This document shows positions 37,690-50,334 of a stretch of 64,000 nucleotides of DNA, in pieces. Source of the DNA: Eledone cirrhosa (taxonomy: Eukaryota); assembly GCA_964016885.1 (NCBI GenBank), contig OZ024740.1, positions 261,268,001 to 261,332,000 on the forward strand, written 5' to 3'. Positions within the stretch are counted from its first letter, which is position 1; each line of letters starts with the position of its first letter. A program made the position numbers and the translations under genes. A model generated the notes under the pieces. It did no database searches and was not told where the DNA came from. It saw only the letters and a program-made list of their open reading frames with translations.

Positions 37690-39000
37690 GAAATATGTGG
37701 GATATCTTTTGTCATCATCATTAATGAATACACACTGGAGAAGAACTGTTTTACTGTAGGAAATCTTTTATTACTAACAATCTTTTAAAAAGACAAATAC
37801 ACACTGGAAGGAAATCTTGTAATACTGAAGCGTGAGAAAACATTGTAAATCTAAGCTGAACTAGTATCTCTGTAATTGGTGAAACCTGTGATCTGGACCT
37901 GGAAATTTCTTCTGCACAAGTGTATTTGATGAGGAAACATTTCAAAATTCATTCTCTTTGAATCTACACCTGTTAGTCTACAACTCATTTAATAGAAACT
38001 CCTTCACTAAAATATTTTGGAAATTCTTATTTGTGAATAAAAAGAAATGTACCTATCGAGTACTGAAGTCGATTCTTCCTCTATATCTCTTTCTCGTTTC
38101 CTTTTTGTAAATCTAAACTGATCCAGTACCTCTGTAGGTCTTGTGAGACCAGGGATTAACACCTGGAAATTTCTTCTATGGAAGTTGGTTAGAGGAGGAC
38201 CAGCTGCTGATTATGTATGCAACTCTATTCAATAGTTGTCATTAAGCTTTATTAGAGACAATCTCAAATTGGGTGAAATTAGTGTAAAATTATTTTTTTC
38301 AAAGCTATGTTATTAAACATAAGCCAAAATATACAGGAGGAAAATATTGGTTTAACCCTTAGGATTTACATTACTCTATATATACTATTGTATTTCTGTA
38401 GTAAAAGCTTTATCTTACATAATATCTCTGAGATTTTGATATTTATTTTGAGAACAATACCTTAACATAAGTATGAGTGGCTGGTTGCAGCTGGTTTGAA
38501 ATGAAAGAGGTGAGAGCATTCTGGCCAGATATGGCCGGTTCAAATGCTTAAAGGGGTAAACTTTGCCTTAATGATTGCAGTCATGGTTAACGTATAAGGT
38601 TAGTGTTAGTGTTTGAATTAAGGGGTTAGTTATTCAGTTTAGAATTAATATTTAGTGCTCCCCTTCTATTATAAATATGTTATTTTTATAGACTAAATTT
38701 TATTGAGATAATTTGTAAAACATTCACTCGAAATAGAAGTAAATTAAAGATATAACTGAGAAATTTTATGTAAAATATTAAAACTGAGATTTGTGGCAAA
38801 ATATTCACATTTATATGTAAATTAAAATTTTATGATTATAAATGTTTGGTGTTATTTTCTGTTCAGTTAAAATTATCTTTTGTAAAATTCATTCACCATT
38901 GAAAACACAATTTGTAACAAAATATTGTTTTAAACAATTGTCTTACACAGACCTAAAGTTAGTGGCTTCTAAAAACATAATTATTATATTTTTTATTAAT

Positions 39001-39343
39001 CATCATCATCATCATTTCATTTTACGTCCGCTTTTCCCTGCTTGCAAGGGTGGGACGGGAACTGATTCTGGCCTGATTTCTACAGCTGGATGCCCTTCCT
39101 AACACCAACCTCATTTACAGTGAGTGCTGGGTGCTTTTTTTTCCGTGGCACCTCCACGACCACTTTGCAGTGGAATGATAGGGACTGGGGTCCCTATCAT
39201 CTCATTTCTACAGCTGAGTAAACTGGAGCAATGTGAAATAAAGTGTCTTGCTCAAGGAAACAACACATCACCCGGTCTGAGAATTGAACTCACAACCTTT
39301 CAATTGCAAGGCCAATGCTCTAACCACTAAGCCATGTGCCTCC
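39001..39343 (-). mobile_element. tRNA-SINE with RTE tail
   Basis: Near-identical to 52959-53302 in inverted orientation. Confidence 0.88.
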
Positions 39344-39419
39344 ATTATTGTTAATGTTAATGATAAAGAATAAATATATATTAAAAAAGAAAAATCCAAT
39401 CCTGATCAAATATATATAT

Positions 39420-40432
39420 ATATTTAAATAATTTTGAAAACCATACAATTGGAAAATGATACAATGCTCTAGAAAATTATAATTGCCAAGATAACAATAG
39501 AATCTTACCTTAGCAAATTTAACGATCCCAAATATTTTTGGGTTTAAAAACCCATTATCATGGGAGTATCCCTGTGAGAGAGTTAGAGGATCGATTGGAG
39601 ATGACTTGTTAGGAAGGTAGGTTTAAGTTAAATGAAATGAAAAGACGTTAAAATTTCAAGTGCACGTTGTGAAATGTCTGGAAAAAAGTGTATGCTATAT
39701 GTGAATGTAAGTGTGCTTAGTGGGATGTAAGTATGTGTGCATGAAGTATGTAGTGAAAGGTGTGTGCAAATATGTATACAATAAAAAAAGAAAAATATGT
39801 ATGTGTGAGTCTAAGAGTGTTTGCTTAGTGAGGACAGATTTAATTTGAAAGGAGCCATCAGAAGAGGGCCTCAATATCAAACTAGCTCACTCTGGACCTT
39901 TCCTGCGAAGGTGCCTCTACACAAGACCCCCCCACACCCCCAATGAGGATAATGGATGCACCCTAGCCAATTGAAAGAATGGCTAATTTAAAAGTCTGTA
40001 TTCCAACATCCGAGTGGCCCGTTTCATTCTTTCTTTTAAATTAAATCTATGTCCTCACTAAGCAAACACACTTAGACTCACACACACATATTTCTCCCTT
40101 ATATCATATACATATTCGCACGCGCCCTTCACTACATTCATGCACACACATACATCCCACTTAGCACACACGCATATATCATACACTTTTTCCCAGACAT
40201 TTCACAATGCGCACACTCGAAATGTTAACGTATTTTCATTACATTTAACTTAAACCTGCCTTCCTAACAAGTCATCTTCAATTGATCTTTTAAGTCCCTC
40301 ACAGGGATACTCCCTTGATAATCGGTTTTTAAGCCTGAAAATATTTGGGATTATTAAATTTGCTAAGATTCTATTGTTATCGTGGCAATTTTAATTTTCT
40401 AGAACATTGTATGGTTTTCAAAATTATTTGAA
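39420..40432. repeat. ~1-kb diverged inverted repeat (arms ~39420-39860 and ~40025-40432) with a hammerhead-like motif at 40311-40350
   Basis: The arms are reverse complements. Motif: tccc-TTGATAA-...-GAAA-atat-TT-ggga. Confidence 0.8.
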
Positions 40433-40544
40433 TTTGTGTTTCATATTCAACAATGCTTCAAGCAAACTACAATGCTCTGTTATATATATATATATATATA
40501 TCATCATCATCATCATTTTACGTCCCCTTTTCCATAAATATATA

Positions 40545-41170
40545 TATAACAATTATAAATGTGAAGGGAAAATAGACAAAATATACCTAATTATTTCTTC
40601 AAAGTCCCAACTGTACAGTTTCGCTGAGTGGTACGCAGCTAAAGTGCACTAGGACCATGAGGCTATCGGCTTTTCATGAGACCCCTCAATGAAAGGACAA
40701 ATTCTTAAACTGACCGCTAAAAGTAAAAAGTTCTTGGTCACAGAAAGTTGGTAAAAGCTGGACGTTTGGCGAGTAATATATTTGCTAAAAGAAGCAGCCA
40801 GTACCTGCCTAATATTACTCGACCATAAAGGAGTTGGGGACAAAATAATACGATATACATACATATAGATACATAAGTATAAAGTCTCACACACACACAA
40901 ATATATGTGTGGTGTCCTTTCTTTACCAATTTTGCTCAATGATTGAGAGAATTAAATAAATAATCAATTAATCAGAGCTATATAACAATACAATCTGACG
41001 AGAAAATAGACAAAAATATACCTAATTATTTCTTTAAAATCCCAACTGTACAGTTTTGCTGAGTGGTATGCAACAAAAGTGTACCAAGGCCATAAGGCTA
41101 TTGGCTTGTCAAAGAGACCCCTTAATGAAAAGAGAAATTCTTGAACTGACCGCTACAAGTGAAAAATTCT
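40545..41170. repeat. Tandem direct repeat (units of ~190 bp at ~40545 and ~40980), Penelope pLTR-like
   Basis: The duplication is visible directly, and each unit has a degenerate hammerhead on -. Confidence 0.65.
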
Positions 41171-41289
41171 CAGGAGGGAGAATTATCACGTGGCATAGTG
41201 GTCACAGAAGATTGGTCATATAATTTTTGAGGAGATAGTGTTAAAGAATAAATACTAATGATATAATAAAAATACGTTCAAAGGGGGTA

Positions 41290-41640
41290 GATCCCTCATC
41301 TGGGACACCACATGTGACATGTTCTTTGCCTCCAACTTAGTTTTTTTGGCCACAAACCCTGGTACTGCAACCTGCAATGCAGAGGAAAGGAAGACAAACA
41401 AATATTGGAGATTGTCCGGCTGCTTGCTCTGTGCACTGGTCACCATCAAGACCTCAGACATTCTCGGACCCCATACTGCTCAGCTCCTCTGCAAGATAGG
41501 AATGTCAGCAGCCCATCTTAGGAAGGAACCCCACAAGGTGTGGTGGCTGTTGCAGCAGGTGTCGCTGGCTATTGTTCTTGGAAATGCTTTAGTGGTCTTG
41601 TTCATGGACACAGCCCCAACGCCACCACGCTCTAGGCCCA
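41290..41640 (+). mobile_element. CRE-type RLE C-terminal fragment
   Basis: AEERKTNKY...ILGP...QQVSLAIVLGNA. Confidence 0.65.
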
Positions 41641-42379
41641 GAGTCCATCACCTTCCCACTTCCTTTTTTCTGTGACTCTAATCCTTGCTATTGTCCTCCT
41701 TTCCCTATCATTTATGGCTTTCATAGTCTTTTCCTCTACTTTCTCTTACAGCTAGATCTGCCCTTCCTTACCCCTTCACCATTTTCTCATTACTCAATTT
41801 TGCTTTTATCTTTCTTTCTCATATCTTTTGAAAATAAAAATTTTTGTGATTTGAAAACGAAAATATATAGTAAATGTATTTTAAAAATAAATTTGAAATG
41901 TATTAAATAAAAATATTTTTTTTTAAATGTGGCCACTGAGGATCTGTGGCACTAAGCTTTAGATTTGTTTTAGCTTATAGGTAAGTCCAACACTGACATT
42001 GAGTCTATTTATGCATGGTATGCCAGCCATGAGCACTTTTTCTGTTTATTTCATGTATATCTTTAACACCAAGCTAAAATACTCAAATCATGACTCCTAT
42101 TTCTAGCAGGTTGAAATATAATGTGAAGTCTGTCTCTTTCACAGGTAAGTTGTTATGTAGCTTGGTGATGGAGCATGATGGAACAGATATAGGCTCAAAA
42201 GCGTTCCAGTCGTGATTATCACTATTTTTTTTACACATTTTAGACCTTAGTGTCAATGTTTTAGCTTTTTTAAGACAATAGGGAGTTACTTCAGGAGGAT
42301 TTGGCTGCTATTTCTAGCAGGTTCAATGCTGATGTATAAACACCTTGTTGATTTTGCTGGATTATATTTTTGGTACTTA

Positions 42380-42890
42380 TTTACAATGTGTTGGATACAT
42401 TTAAAGACATAAAAAGATATACTTCAAGTGATTTCAGAATGTAATAAATTATGTGTGGGACGTCTAACATGTGTCACTAGTATCATTTAACTAAGAGAAA
42501 CATTACCAATAACACTGTCTACTTAGTGTTAACTTAACTTCATCAAAATTAATTATGTCATGTGTAACAATTATTTCATGCTATCATGTGGATAACAATA
42601 GACTACCAACATGTTTTATGAAATTCCATCACCTACCGTGATTAAATATATAATATCATCACAAACTACACCACATGGTAAATAGGTTGAGCTCTGTTAT
42701 AGAGAATACGGACAATAGGTTGAAATCATCAACCAAAGAACAATTAGTTTCTTGAACCTTCACTTTCCAGTTGGTCTTCAATTGGAAATCAAGAATTATT
42801 TGTATTACCATCACAGAACACATTGTCTACTTTCGTATACTCCTTGGTAAAAAATGTTGAATTGTCAGAACTTCACATGCATGCATTTAT
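42380..42890 (+). pseudogene. Remnant 5' region of a third zinc-finger paralog (continues at ~48582-48770)
   Basis: Close inverted match to 57960-58430; the splice acceptor of the 62-nt exon is deleted. Confidence 0.65.
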
Positions 42891-43136
42891 TGGAGACCTA
42901 TATATATATATATATTTAGTGAAGGTATGTGGCTTAGTGGTTAGGGAATTGGATTCGCAATCGTAAGGTTGTGAGTTCGATTCCTGGACCAGGCGATGCG
43001 TTATGTCCTTGAGCAAGACACTCTATTTCACGTTGCTCCTTCTACCTGGAGTTGCGACCGATAGATAGTATTAGCAATTGGAAAGACCAACGGAAACATT
43101 GTTCCCTCGGTCCGATTTGACGAAAGTCGATCGTTC

Positions 43137-43190
<54 letters not shown>

Positions 43191-43194
<4 letters not shown>

Positions 43195-44247
43195 AAATGT
43201 ATCTCAAATATCGAATTTGAAACGCGAGTGTATTAGAATTCATATAGTAATTGGAAGAACTCAGCGCAACGAAGTTGTTAAAACAGCAAAATGACGTCAA
43301 TGGTGGCGGTGGGTAAAGTGTATCTCAAAGGATAGAAATCAGTGGCTAGAAGTGTGTTGGCTCATAGAAGCTGGCGACAGGAAGAAATGATAAGGATAAA
43401 ATAGATGAGAGGAGATCTCACAAACATTAAATTTTCTCATCAGCTTTTAGGCTGCCTGTAGTTTCGGCGATTTAACTAAAAGGACCATGTAAAATAGACA
43501 GTAAAAGGACCATGTAAAATAACAACAGAGAAATAAATATCTCTGTTGGAATAATGTTTGTGGGAGAAACAAATAGATTGATAGGCAGACAGGTCAGAGA
43601 GAGAGAAGAATGAAGTGCGTCTACTTGGCTTCGAGTCACTGTAAGAAAGGGGAGAACAATGGCTCTCTAAGTGGAAGTGACGTGTATGAGCGGCGGTTAG
43701 GCAAAGGTAGAAAGGAAGAAAAGAAGCGGGAAGAGTGAGTGAGGAGAGAGAAAGAATGTAAGAAAGGAAGAGGGAAAAAAAAAAGGCCAACAGACCTCAG
43801 GCATGGTATCAGTCCTAAATAGAAAACTATGATAACTATGAAAAATGTAAACAAATGTATCTCAAATATCGAGTTTGAAGTGCGATTTAACTAAAAGGAC
43901 CAACTAAGATAGACGGCTCATGACAACAGAGATAAATATCTCTGTTGGTATAAAGTTTGTGGGAGAAACGAATAGATTGATAGATAGATTGGTAGCCACT
44001 GAATTCTATCCTTTGAGGTAAATCGTCAAAACCACAGGCAGTCTAAAAGCTGATGAGAAAGTTTAATGTTTGTAAGATCCCCTCTCATCTATTTTATCCC
44101 TTTCTCATTTCTCCCTATCACTTCTACAAGCCAACACATTTCTAGCCACTAATTTCTATCTTTTGAGGTAAATTTTACCCGACGCCACCATTGATGGCAT
44201 TTTGCTGTTTTAACAGCTTCGTTGCGCTGAGTTCTTCCAATTACCAA
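43191..44247. repeat. Composite inverted and direct repeat unit (Penelope-type termini)
   Basis: 43250-43470 is inverted relative to 44020-44245; 43470-43590 is a direct repeat of 43885-43990. Confidence 0.7.
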
Positions 44248-44666
44248 ATCATCATCATCATCATCATTTTACGTCCGCTTTTCCCTGCTTGCAAGGGTGG
44301 GACGGGTCTTATTCAGCACAGCATCTCTCCACTCGTCACGGTCCCTCGTCATCTCCACCGTGAGCTTCAATGATCTGAGGTCTGTTCTCACCACCTCCGC
44401 CCATGTTTTTCGTGGTCTACTTCTACACGTCTTCCTTCAACTGGCATTTCCTGGCACTTCTTCACCCATCGGTCATCCTCCATGCGCATCACATGTCCAT
44501 ACCACCTCAGTCTCCTCTCCCGTACACTACATTCTATCCCTCTCAGACACAGTTTCTCTCTCAACACATTTATGCTGGGTCGTTCACGCACATTTACACT
44601 GCACATCCAACGGAGCATGCTTGCCTCATTTCTCTCCAGCCGTCGCATATCCTCTGCGGTTGCAGA
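44248..44666 (-). mobile_element. RTE 3' fragment (copy D)
   Basis: RRLERNEASMLRW, LRWYGHV, and the same tail as copy A. Confidence 0.9.
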
Positions 44667-44800
44667 GTATATATATATATATGAATATATATATATATAT
44701 ATATATAATATCCAGAATAATAATAAATGAAGACATTCACATAATCAAAATATATGTTTTATTATATATATTTCGAAGGTATGTCATACATCAATTCATA

Positions 44801-44866
44801 TATTTTATCTGACGAGGACGTACTGAAAAAATAGCACAGTACCTTCGAAATATATATAATAAAACA
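44801..44866 (+). ncRNA. Type I hammerhead motif inside a fold-back unit (44710-44910)
   Basis: ttttat-CTGACGA-ggacgtactg...cagtaccttc-GAAA-tatata-TA-ataaaa. Confidence 0.7.
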
Positions 44867-45271
44867 TATTTTGATTATGTAAATGTCTTCATTTATTATT
44901 ATTCTGAATAATAATACCTCCAGAAAACTCTCTGTAGAGTGCTTTTAATCTATTGTAAAACTATATTCATTGAGTAATCAATGAACGATATTAATCTTTG
45001 GTTATACATATAATATTAATTTAATGAAACAGACAAATAGAATTCATTCAAGATCGCTGTTTGCCACTCACTTCATGATTTTAGAGAACTGGTATTTTGT
45101 AAATGCAAATCTGTATATCAGAGTGCACCATATGAGTTGGTTAGTTGTACAAATGGTGTTGTGTGGGAAAATTAATTAATTTTTGGCCCTGGACCACATG
45201 GTTTCATTACTGCACCCCACACCTGGAGTGTGCATATGCACTCCATGACTGGAAGCTACATGTTATTCTTA

Positions 45272-45455
45272 GGGCGTGGATTGGCAGTATCAGTAGAGGG
45301 TCGGACGCCATGCTTTCCAGCATAGTTACGTCCCTTTACGATCTGAGTTCAAATCCCGCCGAGGTTGACTTTGCCTTTCATCCTTACGGGGTCGATAAAA
45401 CAAAGTACCAGTAATGCACTGAGTAATTGCTGGCCTTGTGCCTAAAGTAGAAACA
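45272..45455 (+). mobile_element. tRNA-SINE (second family) with a 10-bp TSD
   Basis: TSD gttattctta at 45262 and 45456. The paralogous site near 47618 has a single copy of the target and no SINE. Confidence 0.85.
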
Positions 45456-46139
45456 GTTATTCTTAAAAACATTCAGAGAATTCACACAGCTAGGACTGGT
45501 GGAGCAAATTTTCAACGGAGTTTAGTCCTAATATTCTATCAAGGAGATTTGTTCGCAATGGCAGAAGTGACTGAATATAGCAATCCAAGACGGCAATAGC
45601 ATCACGTGAGCTTCCAAAGAACAAGGCTGTAAGGTCTATTCAATAGAACTAATCACACATTCGGTGGTTAAATTCAAACAACTTAAAAATCGTGCCTGGA
45701 GATCTCAACAAAGTATGTTTTATAAAAAAAACGATCAGAAGTGCATAATACATAGAAATCAAATTAATATAAGAAAATATCTAACATTCAACTTATGATC
45801 ATAGACAAATCTGTTAGTAGGGAGAACTTTTTTTCCGTATGTAATTAATTTATTGAAATAAAATAACATTACAAATGCATAAAAAACACTATGAATTACT
45901 TGCAATTCGTTCACAGGAACATTATAAATATAATGTCATTGATAAACACAAATATAAACGCTCAAAGGAGAGAAAGAAAAATGAAGAAAAAAAGGGGGGG
46001 AATCATCATCATCATCATCATTTTACGTCCGCTTTTCCCTGCTTGCAAGGGTGGGAAGCAAATACAAAAACAACCATCAATTCACCACCAAGTGCGACAA
46101 TCAGCTGCACATCACATCATAAGGGTTAACTAAACACTT

Positions 46140-47360
46140 TCAGGCAAGCCAATACGCTCACAGCATTGCCATGGAGAGGCTAAGGCACTGAATAAACCAG
46201 GCACCCTCACGGGCACCACCTGACACCTCAGTAAGGCGAGTCACTAATGATGACAAGAACTCCACTGTCAATGGCCCAACTCCACCAAACGTCTTGAACG
46301 CCACAGGCTGGAAAAAATAATTACTAAATAAATCCAGGTTTTTACGAATTTTATTCCATTCAACAACAGAAGCAGTGACCCACACATTTACCGCGGTGTC
46401 CATGATGTGGGAGGGAGCAAAAGAGTCACTGACCATGGCATCCCAGATGAAACACCTACCTCTTACCCAGGGACAAAGGGTAAAGCCATCTGGTCTCTTC
46501 TCGTCACTTCTGGATAATCCAATTAGCTCCAGAACTGAGGGAATATTTACCTGAGCCAGGGTCCATTTGATGATCAGGTTTAGCTTTGTGTGGCATGTGA
46601 AAGGAGCAACATTCAGGCAGCAGAACAAACGATGTAGACCTGTGGAGTCAAGGGATCTACCACAGCGGCATCTCAGACCCCCACAGATGTCTGTTCACAC
46701 TCGAAGTGCAATGGAGGGGAGGAGCTTGTCCTGACTGAGAAGGCCACCAATGTTGGCTACAGGCAGGGCATCAATCCAGTCCCCCAAGAACTTTGTCCTT
46801 GCAGAATGTATGTGGCACCTAGAAAATTGATCTATCCTCATCAGTAATGGGAACTGACAAACCCAGCTCTCTCCACTGTAGTAAAGCTTCCTCCATCTCT
46901 CTGGTGGAACTAGTCCAAGTTGGGAAAAAGAGGATGTCACCCACTAAAGGGGAGCAAGCATGGATGGAGAAAAGAAAGCAAGGTAGAGACAAAGATGTGC
47001 ATTTGCGCAGTTTGGGCAAGGCAGCTTGGTCATGGGACTCTGGAGAGAGTTGGACATTGATCAAACTCTTGAGCTCACTGAATATTAGGTCATTGAAGCA
47101 TTGGAGAGATGATGAGAATTTGTAAGAGGGACTAACTCTGAGGAAATACAACAATTTAGGGATTGACAAATAATTCCTAAGTATAAAAAACCTTGGTGAG
47201 GCTCAATGACTTTGAGGGTTTTTAAAAGTTGTTTGAGGCTAGCCAACTTAGATATAAAGATGAACTCGAAGACTTGGTCAGTAATTGGGGCTCCAAGGGA
47301 ACACCATGTCGATGAGGGAGGAACCACAATGGAGGGGAAGGACTCTGTGAACAGGTCAAC
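46140..47360 (-). mobile_element. CRE-type non-LTR retrotransposon 3' part, degraded
   Basis: LGAPI, PKLLYFLR, QAALP, KRPDGFTLCPWVRGRCFIWDA, PVAFKTFGG. Confidence 0.85.
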
Positions 47361-49055
47361 AGTCTAATATTAATCTAACGAACCAGACAAATAGAATTTG
47401 TCCAAAATTGCCATTTGCCACTCGCTCCATGATTTTAGTGAACTGGTATTTTGTAAATATAAATCAGTACATCAGAGCACACCATATGAGTTGGTTAGTT
47501 GTACAAATGGTGTTGTGTGGGAACACAATTAATTTTCGGCCCTGGACCACATGGTTTCATTACTGCACCATACACCTAGAGTGTGCATATGGAAGACTCC
47601 ATGCACGGAAGTTATGTGTTATTCTAAACCACACACACACACATATATATATATCATCATCATCATCATCATCAGGTTTAGCGTCCGTGTTCCACGCTTG
47701 CATGGGTTTGGACGGGGGTTTTCCCACTTGAGGCAAGAGTGGTTGTCTTGCTCGCATAGGACTGTCTGGCGGGTTTTCTACAGTTGGATGCCCTTCCTAA
47801 CACCAACCACATTTACAGTGTGGGGCTGGGAGGTTTTTACCGTGTTGCCTACACGGCCACATTACAGCGTGGACTGTCTGGCGGGTTTTCTACAGCTGGA
47901 TGCCCTTCCTAACACCAACCACATTTACAGTGTGGGGCTGGGAGGTTTTTACCGTGTTGCCTACACGGCCACATTTACAGCGTGGACTGTGTGTTTTTTG
48001 TCGTGACACCTACACGATCTCATTTGTTTCGGCCTGGATGTATATATATATACTAACTGAATTATCTGGTGTTGTCCGGGTTACTGCTGTTCTTATTCAT
48101 ATTAGTAAACAATAAATATGAAGATATGTTTTTTTCTTCTCATATTAATTTCAAAATATCTATATTTTATTAAAAAAAATTATCAAAATTGTAATGATAA
48201 TAGAATTTAGAAATGAAAATATGTCAATCTTGAAGTACCTTAGAGTAAACAATATTCATTGTGTAATTCATGTATGTGTAGATATGTGTGTGTATTTAAT
48301 AACATACCTAATGAATGTGCAAACACACACACATACATATTCATATACAAAATGTGACGTTGTGTTGTTTTCTATTGTTTTAATCCAAATGAAAATAAAA
48401 ATTATCACACATACACTCACACACACATCCAAATGAAAATAAATATTACATGTTGAAACTCCCGGGAACGAATACTATTACCTTGTAAAATTTGATTTGA
48501 TTTGGTCCACCCGTTAGAGAATGCAGAGGAACAGACAGAGAGAGACAAATAATTTTATATATAGAGAGATAAAGAGAGAGAGAAGCATATTTCTCCAATA
48601 CTGGTTTATACTTATATTGTTTCTTACATTAAACAAAGCATACCATCATTATAACTTGTAATAGAAAAATGTCTATTTTATCAGGACCTCAGCTGTCAGT
48701 CCTTTAAGGACACTGTATATTCTGTACCCTACATAACATCTGTTTACTATATCACTATTGTCTAATGTAGAACATATATATATAAATGAATTCATTCAGG
48801 TATATCGAGGGAAAAATCAACTTCTAGCCTTTAGAAGTTGATTTTTCTAACAAAATACTTGATTATATTTCTTCTGAGTTTATGTCTACACCTCCAAATC
48901 TTTCTCACTAAAAACTTCTTTCTTTTCAAACCTATATAATATATAAACACATTAAGCTAATTCTGAAAAATGTGGCAATTATCTACTATCATAAATAATT
49001 TTCTACTTTCCTTCAAGTATTGTATATATAGTTCTACCATTGCTATATTTATATA

Positions 49056-49840
49056 TGAGGTGGTATCAAAACGTTCCCTGACTAGTTATGTTTAAAAAAA
49101 AATGATATATTTATCTAAGTTTTAACACCATCTCCTTCAAAATAGTCACCTTGCGCAGCAATACACCAGTCCCAGTGTTCCTGCCACTTTTGGAAGTCGA
49201 GGACCTTCTGCAATTCATTCTGGATCTTGGCAACAGTATTAAATTGGCGACCTTTGAGTTACATTTTCAGCTTGGGGAAGAGATGGAAGTCTGCAGGTGC
49301 CAAATCTGGTGAATAGGGCAGGTGTGGAAGTGATACAATGTTGTCTTTGGTGAGGAACTCATGAGTGAGGAGAGCTTGGTGATAGGGTTCATTGTCATCA
49401 TCAAGAATTCAGTTCTTCAAGCTCCACAGATCAGGTCACTTTCGTTAAATGTCCTCCCACAAACACCTCAAAATGTTGCAGTAGAACTCTTGATTGAAGG
49501 TCTGGCCCTGGGGCACGAATTCTCAATGCACAATACCATGGATTTAAAAAAAAAACGATGAGCATGCTCTTGATGAGCTGCGGATCTGTTGTGCTTTCTT
49601 CAGTTGTGGAGATAAAGGGCTTTTCCACTGTGTCAACTGTTGCTTCGTCTCAGTGTCATGCCCATAAACCCAATTCTCGTCACCGGAGATAATCCTCATC
49701 ATGAAGGATGGATCATCAGTAACATGCTGACGGAGATCTTGACAGCCTTTGACACAATGTTCTTTTTGTTCAGTGGTCAGCAGGTGGGGGACAAACTTCG
49801 TAGTGACATGCCACATATTCAATTCAGAGAGGAACATCCT
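49056..49840 (-). mobile_element. Mariner (DD34D-type) transposon remnant
   Basis: KFVPHLLT, ISGDENWVY. One TIR-like end, TA-TGAGGTGGTATCAAAA. Confidence 0.75.
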
Positions 49841-50334
49841 ACATAGAGATCCCTCACTGTAAATGAGGTTGGCATTAGGAAGGGCATCCAGCTGTAGAAT
49901 CCAAGCCAGAGTCAGTCCTGTATGAGCAAGACATGGTCACTTGACCTAGCATTGCCCACAACAGGACAACCTGTCTAACCCATAAGGAAAATGGATGTAA
50001 GACGGAGGTGATGTTGATATAATATTTATATATATACCATTATCATGATATATATGTGTATATATATATTTATATATGTGTGTATGTTATGTTGGTACAA
50101 AACATCCAGCCCACACTGTAAAGTGGTCATGTAAAAGACATGGTAAAAAGCACCCAGCACACACTGTAAATGTGATTGGCGCTAGGAAGGGCATCCAGCC
50201 GTATAAAACCAGCCAGAAAGCGTCCTATATGAGTGAGACACGGTCACCCAACCCAACTTGCCTCTAAATGGGACAAACCCGTCTAATGCATGCTAGCATG
50301 GAAGATGGAAGTTAAATGATGATGATGATGATGA

